From the IMG/VR virus record IMGVR_UViG_3300034072_001021, positions 1 to 64,000 of that record: DNA of 64,000 bases; one strand, given 5' to 3'. Below are positions 46,880-55,152 of the stretch, piece after piece; position 1 is the stretch's first letter, and each line of letters opens with the position of its first letter. Both the position numbers and the translations under genes were made by a program. Under the pieces are notes generated by a model, which worked only from the letters and a program-made list of their open reading frames with translations, did not search any database and had not been told where the DNA came from.

Positions 46880-48739
46880 ATGTACGAAAACATCCACTAC
46901 CACGAGTCGCTGGAACAGCTGAAGGAAGAGGCCACTGCTCTTCTGTCGAACGGTGCAGGTGTCATCTTCACCACCAACGTCGGCAAGAAGCTGAACTACA
47001 AGTACCTGCGTCTGATGCACGAGGCAGCGGTGAAGCACGGTCTCAATCCGGAAGAAGTGGTCAAACACTTCAACTGCTCCACCTGCGCTCGTTTCATGGC
47101 ACGAGTCGGTCATCTGGTCGTCAGCCGCGAAGGCGAAGTGCGTTCCGTGTACTGGAATCCGCACGTGGTCATCGATCCGCTGATGAAAGAAGTCGTCGCT
47201 GGCATGAAAGCCTACGTCGAAGGCGCCCGTATCCAGAACGTCTTCAACGTCAACGGCCCGTACCGTAACTACACCGAGGTAACCAACCTCGGTGGTAAGG
47301 AGTACAAGCACTATTTCATCGAGAAGGAAGTGCTGCTCCATCGCGTACCGCTGCTCAAGACCGACATCGACATGTCCGACTTCTCCAAGAAGTTCGATCA
47401 GGTGGCGGCGTTGATCCGTCTCACCAACGAGATCAACCTGGACACCGTGCTCTTCGTCGACAGCCTGTTCCAGGCCCGCACCATCGAGCACGTCGGTGCC
47501 TCCGAGAAGACGGTCAAGGGCCTGCGTGATCTGGTTAGCGATCTCCAGATCGCCAAGTGTCTTCCGGCGTACGAAACTGCCAGCAGCCCGTATGAGCGCG
47601 AAACCATCCTGGTCAACAAAACCTGGATGTTCGCCATGAAGAACCCTAACCTCCTGTCGGCTCGCGGTTCCATCCTCGGCAAACTGATGTCCTACGTCCA
47701 GAGCGCGCTGACTCAAGGTGCTCGTGATTCGCAGATCGAAGGCATTGTCAAGTTCTGGCGTGAGCAGACCAGTGGCCTGAAGTACATGCGTACTACTCGT
47801 GAGGCCTCCGAAAGCCAGATCTCCAAGACCGCTCGTTTCCTCGACGAAGGTGGCTGGAACAACTCGCTGAAGCAGGTCGAGGCTGCTGAAAAGGATATCC
47901 CGGTACATTGGGAAGCCAAGGCGCGTTGGGCGTTCGAAGAAGGTGACGAGCCGATCGTCAACGACTTCACCGCGTTCGCTGCTCGCAAGGGCATCGAGGT
48001 CGAAGCGAAATCCAAGCCGAAGCCGATCGATCTGGGTTACTTCATCAACGAAGTCCTCCAGTACGTCGAGTCCATGGGTTTGGTGGCCACTGGTCTGACC
48101 TTCCGTCCGATCATGATCAACCGCATGGCCGACATGAACGCCAAGCCGATCTTCTCGTGGGATAGTGAAGAATCGCGTGCACCGTTCATTCCGTGGCGTT
48201 ACGATCGCAACTTCCAAGTGCGTGATCTGCGCCCGGAAGAAGGCCTCAGCTACAACGGTCAGACGGTTCTGCCGATCCTGTCCATCACCAGCGACAAAGC
48301 CATTGGCTATGTCGGTCGTCGTGCTGAAGACACCAACGTGTTCTTCCAGTTCGGCGGCATTTCCATGCCTGAAGACCCGCGTCCGGCACTGTTCGCCGAG
48401 TCCATGAAGTCCGAGTTCTACGAGCATCGTCGTGCACTCGAAGACTATAGCCGTGCCACCAAGATCGAACGCTCCACCACGCAACAGTCGATCTCGATGG
48501 TGTTCAGTGCGCGCCACCCGCAGCAGTCCGAGACGGTTAACGTCCTTCTGCATGTTCGTTTCAACGAGCAAGGCCAGGCGCTGTTCGGTTGCCGTAACGC
48601 CATCTATCGCTTCGATGCGAATGGCTACACGGTTAAGCCGGACTTCGATAAGTTCGGTGTTATCACCGATCGTTCGGGTTTCATGGCCAGTGCTGCTCCG
48701 GCTTCGACCGTAGCGTCCGCTGAAATGTCCTCTCTCTGA
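46880..48739 (+). CDS. large conserved hypothetical protein, likely highly expressed
   Basis: AGGAG SD; extreme codon bias; IFTT...HFNCSTCARFM motif. Confidence 0.85.
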   Translation: MYENIHYHESLEQLKEEATALLSNGAGVIFTTNVGKKLNYKYLRLMHEAAVKHGLNPEEVVKHFNCSTCARFMARVGHLVVSREGEVRSVYWNPHVVIDPLMKEVVAGMKAYVEGARIQNVFNVNGPYRNYTEVTNLGGKEYKHYFIEKEVLLHRVPLLKTDIDMSDFSKKFDQVAALIRLTNEINLDTVLFVDSLFQARTIEHVGASEKTVKGLRDLVSDLQIAKCLPAYETASSPYERETILVNKTWMFAMKNPNLLSARGSILGKLMSYVQSALTQGARDSQIEGIVKFWREQTSGLKYMRTTREASESQISKTARFLDEGGWNNSLKQVEAAEKDIPVHWEAKARWAFEEGDEPIVNDFTAFAARKGIEVEAKSKPKPIDLGYFINEVLQYVESMGLVATGLTFRPIMINRMADMNAKPIFSWDSEESRAPFIPWRYDRNFQVRDLRPEEGLSYNGQTVLPILSITSDKAIGYVGRRAEDTNVFFQFGGISMPEDPRPALFAESMKSEFYEHRRALEDYSRATKIERSTTQQSISMVFSARHPQQSETVNVLLHVRFNEQGQALFGCRNAIYRFDANGYTVKPDFDKFGVITDRSGFMASAAPASTVASAEMSSL

Positions 48740-48745
48740 AATCAC

Positions 48746-48764
48746 TAGGGGTGTAATGCACCCC
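48746..48764 (+). terminator. stem-loop
   Basis: AGGGGTG-TAATG-CACCCCT. Confidence 0.45.
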
Positions 48765-48792
48765 TATCCAATCCCCACCAAGGAGCAACACC

Positions 48793-49944
48793 ATGCAACA
48801 AGTGCAAGTACAGCCGTACGTGAAGCAAAAGCGTGACGAAATGACCTTCGGTTACCTGCCGGATCACGTCCTGCCGAACATCGTCCCGGACATGACCGGT
48901 TCCGCCAAGTTCTACGACCCGGACGAAGTCCGTAACCTGATGATGCAGATGGACTCCGGCTTCGTCGGTATGCGTCGCTCCACCATCGACAAGACCAACG
49001 CCGTGCGCCAGCTGATCCTGTACACGATGGTCGCCAAGGTCGTCGACGCCGAACTGCGTCTGGCTGTATACCAGCGTGCCGCCGGTGCTGAAGCCAAGCT
49101 GAAAGACGGCTTCTCCTTCGGCTTCGGCGGTCATGTCGAGGCCATCGATCTCGGCCCGCACATGAACGAGAAGGAAGACGGCTCGGTCGAAAGCTTCAAC
49201 GAGTGCCCGTCCTCGTACTTCTCCACCATGCACAGCGGCCTGCGCGAAGTGAGCGAAGAAGTCCACTTCTTCAATCCGGAGCACAAGGCAGTTCCGATGC
49301 AGCCGCAGGAAATGGCCAACGAGATCCTCGGTCACTTCTCCTTCACCAACGTGCGTTCGGAACCGGTGGTCGACGGTACTCTGGACGACTACAAGGCTTC
49401 GGCGGTGTTCGTCGGTGAAAACTTCGTCCTGCTGCGTGAAGAAGGCGCTCCGCAAAACGGCAAGCTGATCTTCTCCAAGCCCACCGGCCCGGATCAGGTC
49501 TACCGTGAAGTGTTCGGTAAGGAACCGGTCAGCACCCGCGTCAACCACATCGACACCGAACTGCTGCCGGTCGGCTTCCTGTCCGACATCAAACCGGAAA
49601 ACCCGTCCTTCATCGGCAACACTCACTTCGCCGTCCTGGGCTTCATGCTGGTGCCGGATGACCTGGAGTTCAAGGTCGCCGAAAGCAACTACACCACCAT
49701 CGGCTGGATGAGCAAGGACGAGATCCGTGAAGCGGCTGCTCGTTTCGAGCCGTGGTCGCAGATCCTGGTCGGTCACCTCGACGAGATCGAGAACATGGCC
49801 GTGCGTGAAGAAGCTCTGCGTCTGCGCCGTATCATCGAGCAGGAAGATGCGGCTCGTGAACAGACTGACGAACTTTCGTCTGACGCAGTACTTCGCGAAA
49901 AGCACAAGCAGGGCGCTGAAGAGCAAACTACTCAGCCCGTGTAA
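48793..49944 (+). CDS. divergent Nudix-fold protein (COG4112-like predicted phosphoesterase)
   Basis: QLILY, YQR..G.EAKL...FSFGFGGHVE, GLREVSEEV, GF.SD....IG.THF, WSQI. Confidence 0.7.
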   Translation: MQQVQVQPYVKQKRDEMTFGYLPDHVLPNIVPDMTGSAKFYDPDEVRNLMMQMDSGFVGMRRSTIDKTNAVRQLILYTMVAKVVDAELRLAVYQRAAGAEAKLKDGFSFGFGGHVEAIDLGPHMNEKEDGSVESFNECPSSYFSTMHSGLREVSEEVHFFNPEHKAVPMQPQEMANEILGHFSFTNVRSEPVVDGTLDDYKASAVFVGENFVLLREEGAPQNGKLIFSKPTGPDQVYREVFGKEPVSTRVNHIDTELLPVGFLSDIKPENPSFIGNTHFAVLGFMLVPDDLEFKVAESNYTTIGWMSKDEIREAAARFEPWSQILVGHLDEIENMAVREEALRLRRIIEQEDAAREQTDELSSDAVLREKHKQGAEEQTTQPV

Positions 49945-49945
49945 C

Positions 49946-49985
49946 GGCATAAGTAGAGCCAGGGGTAACCCCTGGCTCTATGCCC
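49946..49985 (+). terminator. conserved-arm stem-loop
   Basis: CGGCATA..TAGAGCCAGGGG-TAA-CCCCTGGCTCTA-TGCC. Confidence 0.75.
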
Positions 49986-50027
49986 GAATTGATAACACCT
50001 ACTAATCAAGACTAAAAGGAACACACC

Positions 50028-51278
50028 GTGGCTAATGTATCTCAAATCAACATCAACAGCTATGACAACCACCTTCTGATTACTGGTGTTGATCAGAGCA
50101 ATCTGATTGATCATGTGCCCGCTATGGTCTATCGTGCGCGCATGACTCGTGAAGGCCTCGTCCTGATCAAAGATAGACCGAACTTCACCCTGCCTCAGTT
50201 GCGCTTCGGTAAGCACAACCGTTATTTCTCTGCCATCTGTGCCGAATACGATCCGCTTGGATCTAGCACGGGTGTTCTGCTCGCTGGTCATAAGGGTTCT
50301 GGCAAGTCTCTCATGGCTGAAGAACTCGGTAACTGGATGATCAAACGCGATCTCCCGGTTATCATGATCGATGACGATCTCTGCCATCACACCATCAACC
50401 TCATCATCCGTGCTGTCGGTCCCTGCATGGTGTTGTTCGACGAGTTTGGTAAAGTGTACTCGGACGAAGACAAGCGCAATCGCCTGTTGACAGTGTTCAG
50501 TGACACGTCCTACGTCGGTGTCATGTTCGTGATCACCGGTAACTGCCGTGAAGAGTTCGGCGAATTCCTGGTAAACCGTCCACAGCGCTTCCGTTTTGCG
50601 ATTCATTATGAATCGGGTGTCGATGTCGAGTTGGCATGTGACGTCCTCAAGAAAATGCAAGTGCGTGAGGAAATGCACGAGACGTTGCTGGCGTATGTAC
50701 AAGGCCAACAAATCCAGCACGGTGGTCTGAATATCGACTCTTTCTTGGCAGTGGTGCGGGCTTCTGCGAACTGCAAGACTGTGGCTGAATTGGAAGAAGT
50801 CACCGAGATCATGAACGTACCGCGCATGGTCAAAAAGGAGTGGCGGGTCATCAGTGTCGTAGCGACTCCGAAACACGAACTGGCTGAAGATTTCGGATAC
50901 AGCGCCGATATCACCAAGTCGTTTGTCATCGACGGCAATCCACTGATGCTGAGCATCGCCGAAAACCGTAACACTGGCCGTAGCTGGGAAAAGGACGAGG
51001 AGGGATGTTACATCACCAAGTCGTTTGATCCCAGTGAAGATTTTTCGGATGTTGTAATTAACCACGAAGGACAATACTATGATTTCGAGATCATAGTCAG
51101 TTATTGTTATTCGGTCAACGCACAAGGTAAACCGACCAGTAAGCGTGGTAAGGACCATCCTCGCATGGCGGAGATGGAAAGCCTTCATGCTCAACGCAAT
51201 GGTAACAGTCGCACGGCTATGTTTGGTATGGAATACACCCCGTCTGCTTTTCTTGCTGCAAAACACCAACAGGGCTAA
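50028..51278 (+). CDS. AAA+ ATPase
   Basis: Walker A GHKGSGKS, Walker B VLFDEFGK, NRPQRF. Confidence 0.88.
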   Translation: MANVSQININSYDNHLLITGVDQSNLIDHVPAMVYRARMTREGLVLIKDRPNFTLPQLRFGKHNRYFSAICAEYDPLGSSTGVLLAGHKGSGKSLMAEELGNWMIKRDLPVIMIDDDLCHHTINLIIRAVGPCMVLFDEFGKVYSDEDKRNRLLTVFSDTSYVGVMFVITGNCREEFGEFLVNRPQRFRFAIHYESGVDVELACDVLKKMQVREEMHETLLAYVQGQQIQHGGLNIDSFLAVVRASANCKTVAELEEVTEIMNVPRMVKKEWRVISVVATPKHELAEDFGYSADITKSFVIDGNPLMLSIAENRNTGRSWEKDEEGCYITKSFDPSEDFSDVVINHEGQYYDFEIIVSYCYSVNAQGKPTSKRGKDHPRMAEMESLHAQRNGNSRTAMFGMEYTPSAFLAAKHQQG

Positions 51279-51288
51279 GGAGTCCATC

Positions 51289-51609
51289 ATGAAGATCGAA
51301 CAAAACGAAAACCTGCTCGGCATGCTGCGTCATCTGGCCAAAGACCAAGAGAAGCTGAACGCGGTCGTGGAATCTCATGCCAACCATCAGCTGACCTTCC
51401 GTATCGACGACAGCATCCAGCTGGGCGTCAAGGTCGATGCCAAAAAGGGCCTGAAGAAAGGCCAGTCCATCCAGATCGTGATGACTGACCTCTCCATCGA
51501 ATCCGACGACAAGGCCACTCCGGTGCCTGCCAGTGCTGTGCAGAAGGCTTCTCCGAGCCGGGGCTGCAGTCTGGAAGACAAGGCCGAGATGAAGGCCCTG
51601 TACCGCTGA
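51289..51609 (+). CDS. hypothetical protein
   Basis: AAGGAG SD before ATG 51289; extreme codon bias. Confidence 0.75.
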   Translation: MKIEQNENLLGMLRHLAKDQEKLNAVVESHANHQLTFRIDDSIQLGVKVDAKKGLKKGQSIQIVMTDLSIESDDKATPVPASAVQKASPSRGCSLEDKAEMKALYR

Positions 51610-51616
51610 TCATCAC

Positions 51617-51637
51617 TGGGAGGCTTCGGCCTCCCAT
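51617..51637 (+). terminator. stem-loop (TTCG loop)
   Basis: TGGGAGGC-TTCG-GCCTCCCA. Confidence 0.65.
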
Positions 51638-51653
51638 CTATTCCGGGGGCAAC

Positions 51654-52181
51654 ATGACCGCTATTGTGTTTCATCAAGGTAAGTTGATGGGCGATCGTAA
51701 GAACGCTCTCTTTACCAATCCGGTTACCTTTGTCGATGCGCCTAAGGTTTTCGTCAGTGAAGACAAGATGTTTGCATTCGGCATCAGTGGTAAAACGATC
51801 TCGGCAGAAACCAAGCCGCGTTATGAAGAGATCATCCGTAAGATCATCGAACACATGACGATCTCAGGTACTGATCGAAAAGCAGTTGACCAGATCGTTG
51901 AGATCGAGAACGGCCCGATCGACTTCACTCACGGCATCATCTGCACCAAGACGCAACAGTTCCTCATTCAGGACATTGGTAAGGTCTATGTGCGGCGATT
52001 TGATGGTGCCACGCATGGGTGTGGCACAGGTGGTGCTCAGATGGCTGTAATGCTGCGCTGTGGGCTCTCTCCGACCCAGGCGTACAACAAGATCACCATG
52101 ATCGATCACTTGTCCGGTGCAAAGTTCGACAGCATCGACACAAGTCGTCTGAAACCATTCGTCATTAAAGGGGATAAGTGA
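51654..52181 (+). CDS. Ntn-hydrolase (HslV/proteasome-beta-like) peptidase
   Basis: Met-Thr start (Thr1 nucleophile), TAIVFHQGKLMGD, Lys in DAPKVF, GCGTGG, D..SG near the C-terminus. Confidence 0.6.
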   Translation: MTAIVFHQGKLMGDRKNALFTNPVTFVDAPKVFVSEDKMFAFGISGKTISAETKPRYEEIIRKIIEHMTISGTDRKAVDQIVEIENGPIDFTHGIICTKTQQFLIQDIGKVYVRRFDGATHGCGTGGAQMAVMLRCGLSPTQAYNKITMIDHLSGAKFDSIDTSRLKPFVIKGDK

Positions 52182-52699
52182 TGCCTGCCATTTATCGTGA
52201 CGGTAAACTGGGTTTCCGTCTTAACCCTCATGTTCGAGAGGGTGTGTACGTAAAGTACATGATCGATGGGTTCGATCATTTCTTTACCAAACACGGTTTC
52301 ATCTATCCGATGGGAAGTCTCGGTCCCAGTCTTGAATCTGTGCTGGAAGGTCGCCCTGTATTCGGAGATAAGTTCCGCAATTCGATTAACTGCAGCTATA
52401 TCGTAGTTGATCATTACGGGCAGATCGTCCAGGCTGACGTCTACGTCAACGACGATAAAGAATACACCGTTGATGTGCACAGTCTGCCTCAAGGCTCTGG
52501 GGTGAAGTGGGTAGCCGCCGATCGTGAATGGGATCGTGATATCATTTCGGCCATTCTTATGGCGGATCTGAGTGATTCCGAAATGAACCAGCAGTTCAAC
52601 GAGCAGGGTGTTAACGAAGGTCACAACTTCGTTTTCTTGATGGTCGACTACATCGTCACCAAACTCAATGAACTGTTCCCAAAAGAACCCAAAAACTGA
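52178..52699 (+). CDS. hypothetical protein, possible inactive paralog of the upstream Ntn protein
   Basis: N-terminus MPAIYRDGKL resembles MTAIVFHQGKL; no Thr1. Confidence 0.5.
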   Translation: MMPAIYRDGKLGFRLNPHVREGVYVKYMIDGFDHFFTKHGFIYPMGSLGPSLESVLEGRPVFGDKFRNSINCSYIVVDHYGQIVQADVYVNDDKEYTVDVHSLPQGSGVKWVAADREWDRDIISAILMADLSDSEMNQQFNEQGVNEGHNFVFLMVDYIVTKLNELFPKEPKN

Positions 52700-52712
52700 C
52701 ATCGGTGCAAGC

Positions 52713-53144
52713 GTGAAAAAGAAAGTCGTGATCGTTGGTTTCCCAGGCATTGGGATGACTGAACTGACCAAGCGGCAAAAAGAATACGTGGAGGTAGAAA
52801 CCTCTGCGTCGGGGGTATCGGCAGGTGTCATCAAGAACCTGCTCGATGAAGGTCTTAAAGTCCTTATTCCGTTCGACAAGGATATCTGTGACGCACTGGT
52901 CAAAGAGAAGATCAAGTTCGTCATCGTGTATCCGAGTCGTTCGCTTAAGGCTGACATCTGTAGTCGCATCAGTCCGAGAAGTATCGACGACACTCGCATC
53001 ACCGATCTCATCAACCACTGGGACGAACACATCGACCAGTGCTCGACACAGGAGTGTTATACCCGAGTAGTACTCACCAAGTCTAACAGTTATCTGTGTG
53101 ACCTGGTCGTCTACATTGAGAATCTGTTTACCAATTGTAAATAA
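52713..53144 (+). CDS. P-loop kinase-like protein with a degenerate Walker A
   Basis: VVIVGFPGIGMT, with Met in place of the catalytic Lys of GFPG.GKT; GTG start inferred. Confidence 0.55.
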   Translation: MKKKVVIVGFPGIGMTELTKRQKEYVEVETSASGVSAGVIKNLLDEGLKVLIPFDKDICDALVKEKIKFVIVYPSRSLKADICSRISPRSIDDTRITDLINHWDEHIDQCSTQECYTRVVLTKSNSYLCDLVVYIENLFTNCK

Positions 53145-53149
53145 TTACA

Positions 53150-54115
53150 GTTGGCGCGTTCTCTATGTGAACAGAAAATAATTAACTCACAACAAGGACG
53201 GATTCGATGTTTGGGCTACTAACATCGTCCGTGCTTCGTCTGGCACTGAGTGCGGGTCGGTGGGTTGCAGATCTCTTAGTGGAACTGCCGCCTTTACCGA
53301 CCGAACGGTCAGGACCCATCCTGACCTTGTCTCCTGAGCCCGAACCGGCAGCTGGCGCCAACCGCGACCTTAAGGCGGTCGTATGGAGGCGTGCAGTAGC
53401 CTGAAGCACGTAATTTGATCATGCATAAGCCGATCCTGGCCGGGCGCTGGCCAGCATAATGCAATAAGGGGAGTGTAGCCATAGAAATCAATGCGCTTGT
53501 GATAGCAGCTCTAGCTGTACTAAGCGCTGGTGATATTGATGCTCGTACTGGAGGACTCGTGATGACCGCCGATGTCGGTGTTCACTACGAGATGCCGCTT
53601 ACTGAGTCGCCGGAAGACCCGGTCATACTCCGTCAGGCCATGCCTGATTGGTTACTTGGTGAAGCGAGGGCAATTCTGGACGAGGATCGTCATCAGTGGC
53701 TTAGCACAGTCGAAAGCTTTGCTAGCACATGGACGCACTGTGGGAACTGGCACGGGCACTGCGGGTCCCGTAAGCCAAACCATAGAGCCGTCTACCAATA
53801 TCCACGGTGACTAAACCTTCGAAACCGATTAAGTTCGGCCTTAGAGCCAGTGGGCTCTCTCATGCAGCCGTGCATATAGCGAAATGCAAGTCTCTTGATC
53901 AACTGTAAGGTCATCATCTGCGACTATCCAATAGGGTTTCATGAGGCCAAGGCGGATATTGTAGTTATGGCAGCAGTGGGGATGAGCAGCGTCTTCTGAA
54001 AGTGATAATGGGACAACGACACCGAATGAACTAACGCTCGGCAGCCTCCAAGAGGAGGAAACAGTACCCAGATGGGGCTGTGCGCGAGTATTGTTGGATC
54101 GGTGTCAATGTCTTT
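53150..54115 (+). ncRNA. candidate large (~960 nt) ornate structured non-coding RNA
   Basis: By far the largest gap without a credible gene outside the thyA intron; contiguous hairpins and enclosing helices (see findings); AT-rich promoter-like 5' flank and T-rich 3' flank. Confidence 0.65.
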
Positions 54116-54167
54116 CCTTTATTTTCTTTTGCCGATTTTATGAGGATCAACCTTTATAAGGACTGTT

Positions 54168-54551
54168 ATGTCATTCCAAAGTGACTTCGATGTAAGGCAC
54201 TTGCCAGAAGGACGCAAGTACTTACTGAAAGAGTTTGTCTTTAATGACCCTGAACACGGCAAGGTAGTGGTTTATCCAGAATACCTTACTGGCAGACGGG
54301 TAAGGCGACGACCCATGCTCTGGCCCACCATACAGCGTCTAAGCTGGGGTAGGGCAGACAGAGCCGAAACCATAAGAGACTATCTGTACAACGGGGGCAT
54401 CGTGCACTGCAATGTCCCAAACAAGAAAGAAGCAGATGAGATATTCCACCGTGCGATGATCGCGGAGGGTGTCCCGAAATGGCGACGTATTACTTTGTAC
54501 AATTATGTCCGCTTGTTTGGTCGACCTCTCTGGAAAGGATGGAGTAAATGA
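54168..54551 (+). CDS. DUF1353-like protein (degenerate)
   Basis: RDYLY, KKEADEIFHRAM...GVPKWRR..LY..VRLFG; the His of the HD.LY motif is replaced by Arg. Confidence 0.7.
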   Translation: MSFQSDFDVRHLPEGRKYLLKEFVFNDPEHGKVVVYPEYLTGRRVRRRPMLWPTIQRLSWGRADRAETIRDYLYNGGIVHCNVPNKKEADEIFHRAMIAEGVPKWRRITLYNYVRLFGRPLWKGWSK

Positions 54552-54853
54552 ATAGTCTTGTCTCTGTATCTGCTGCAAACACTGGCGCTCCAGGTACGCC
54601 CTCGAGCCCTGAGCGTTGGCTAGCCGCACGTATCACCGCCAGCAACCTCAACGTGTTTCTTCAAATGTGGAAACGCACGCCTAAAGAACTTCTCACAGGC
54701 GATGAGTTCGAGGCTGCCAAACACATGGTCACCCACATCCAAGCCAGCGCCGGTGTCTTTATCGATGCTATCCATACTGCCCACACCATGGATCAGCTCA
54801 TCGACATTAACCAAGAATTTTACAATATGGCTGCTGCTAAAAGTGGTGTCTGA
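54548..54853 (+). CDS. hypothetical protein
   Basis: ATGA overlap, GGAG SD. Confidence 0.7.
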   Translation: MNSLVSVSAANTGAPGTPSSPERWLAARITASNLNVFLQMWKRTPKELLTGDEFEAAKHMVTHIQASAGVFIDAIHTAHTMDQLIDINQEFYNMAAAKSGV

Positions 54854-54855
54854 TA

Positions 54856-54976
54856 AGAGGGAGGCTCAAGCCTCCCTCTATGCCGACTCGATTCGAATAT
54901 TTTTCAACAATACATAGTGGTGTTGAATAGGAAGAATGATCTTCCATATAACCTTCTTGATCGCAGGAGATCAATC
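54856..54976 (+). repeat. terminator-promoter-leader cassette, copy A
   Basis: GAGGGAGGC/GCCTCCCTC hairpin, TATGCCGA.TCGATTC, T-tract, CAATACATAGTG, GGAAGA-N4-TCTTCC; near-copy at 59429-59546. Confidence 0.7.
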
Positions 54977-55123
54977 ATGGGCTTTAGTTTCCGTTGCAAA
55001 GTAACTCGTCCTGATGGCAGCCATGCTGTAAACATCGACAAGCGAGTTTCGTTTGGCTGGAAAACCGTAGCGGCTGTAGTGGTAGTCGCTGCAGCTGTAA
55101 CTGCTGTCGTAACCAACAAGTAA
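54977..55123 (+). CDS. membrane mini-protein (48 aa)
   Basis: AGGAG SD; C-terminal TM segment WKTVAAVVVVAAAVTAVVT. Confidence 0.7.
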   Translation: MGFSFRCKVTRPDGSHAVNIDKRVSFGWKTVAAVVVVAAAVTAVVTNK

Positions 55124-55152
55124 AAAACTAACCAAACTTAGAGGAAGTTAAC

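Noticed and set aside
46571-49950. Long minus-strand ORFs (724 aa and 401 aa), and similar ones at 1099..2352 and 7609..8718
   Set aside because: Antisense shadows of strongly codon-biased plus-strand genes; no SD and no recognisable motifs.
53196-53206. GGATTCGA resembling the tmRNA 5' end
   Set aside because: No GGGG acceptor start, no matching 3' T-arm/CCA and no tag ORF; it is part of a local hairpin.
53182-53814. Short ORFs within the 53.15-54.1 kb island (both strands)
   Set aside because: No convincing SD, no phage codon bias, overlapping on opposite strands; better explained as chance ORFs in a structured RNA.
53785-53895. GAGCCGT and CAGCCGT segments resembling group II intron domain V
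   Set aside because: No 34-nt DV geometry with GNRA loop and AC bulge, no DVI, and no interrupted host gene or RT.
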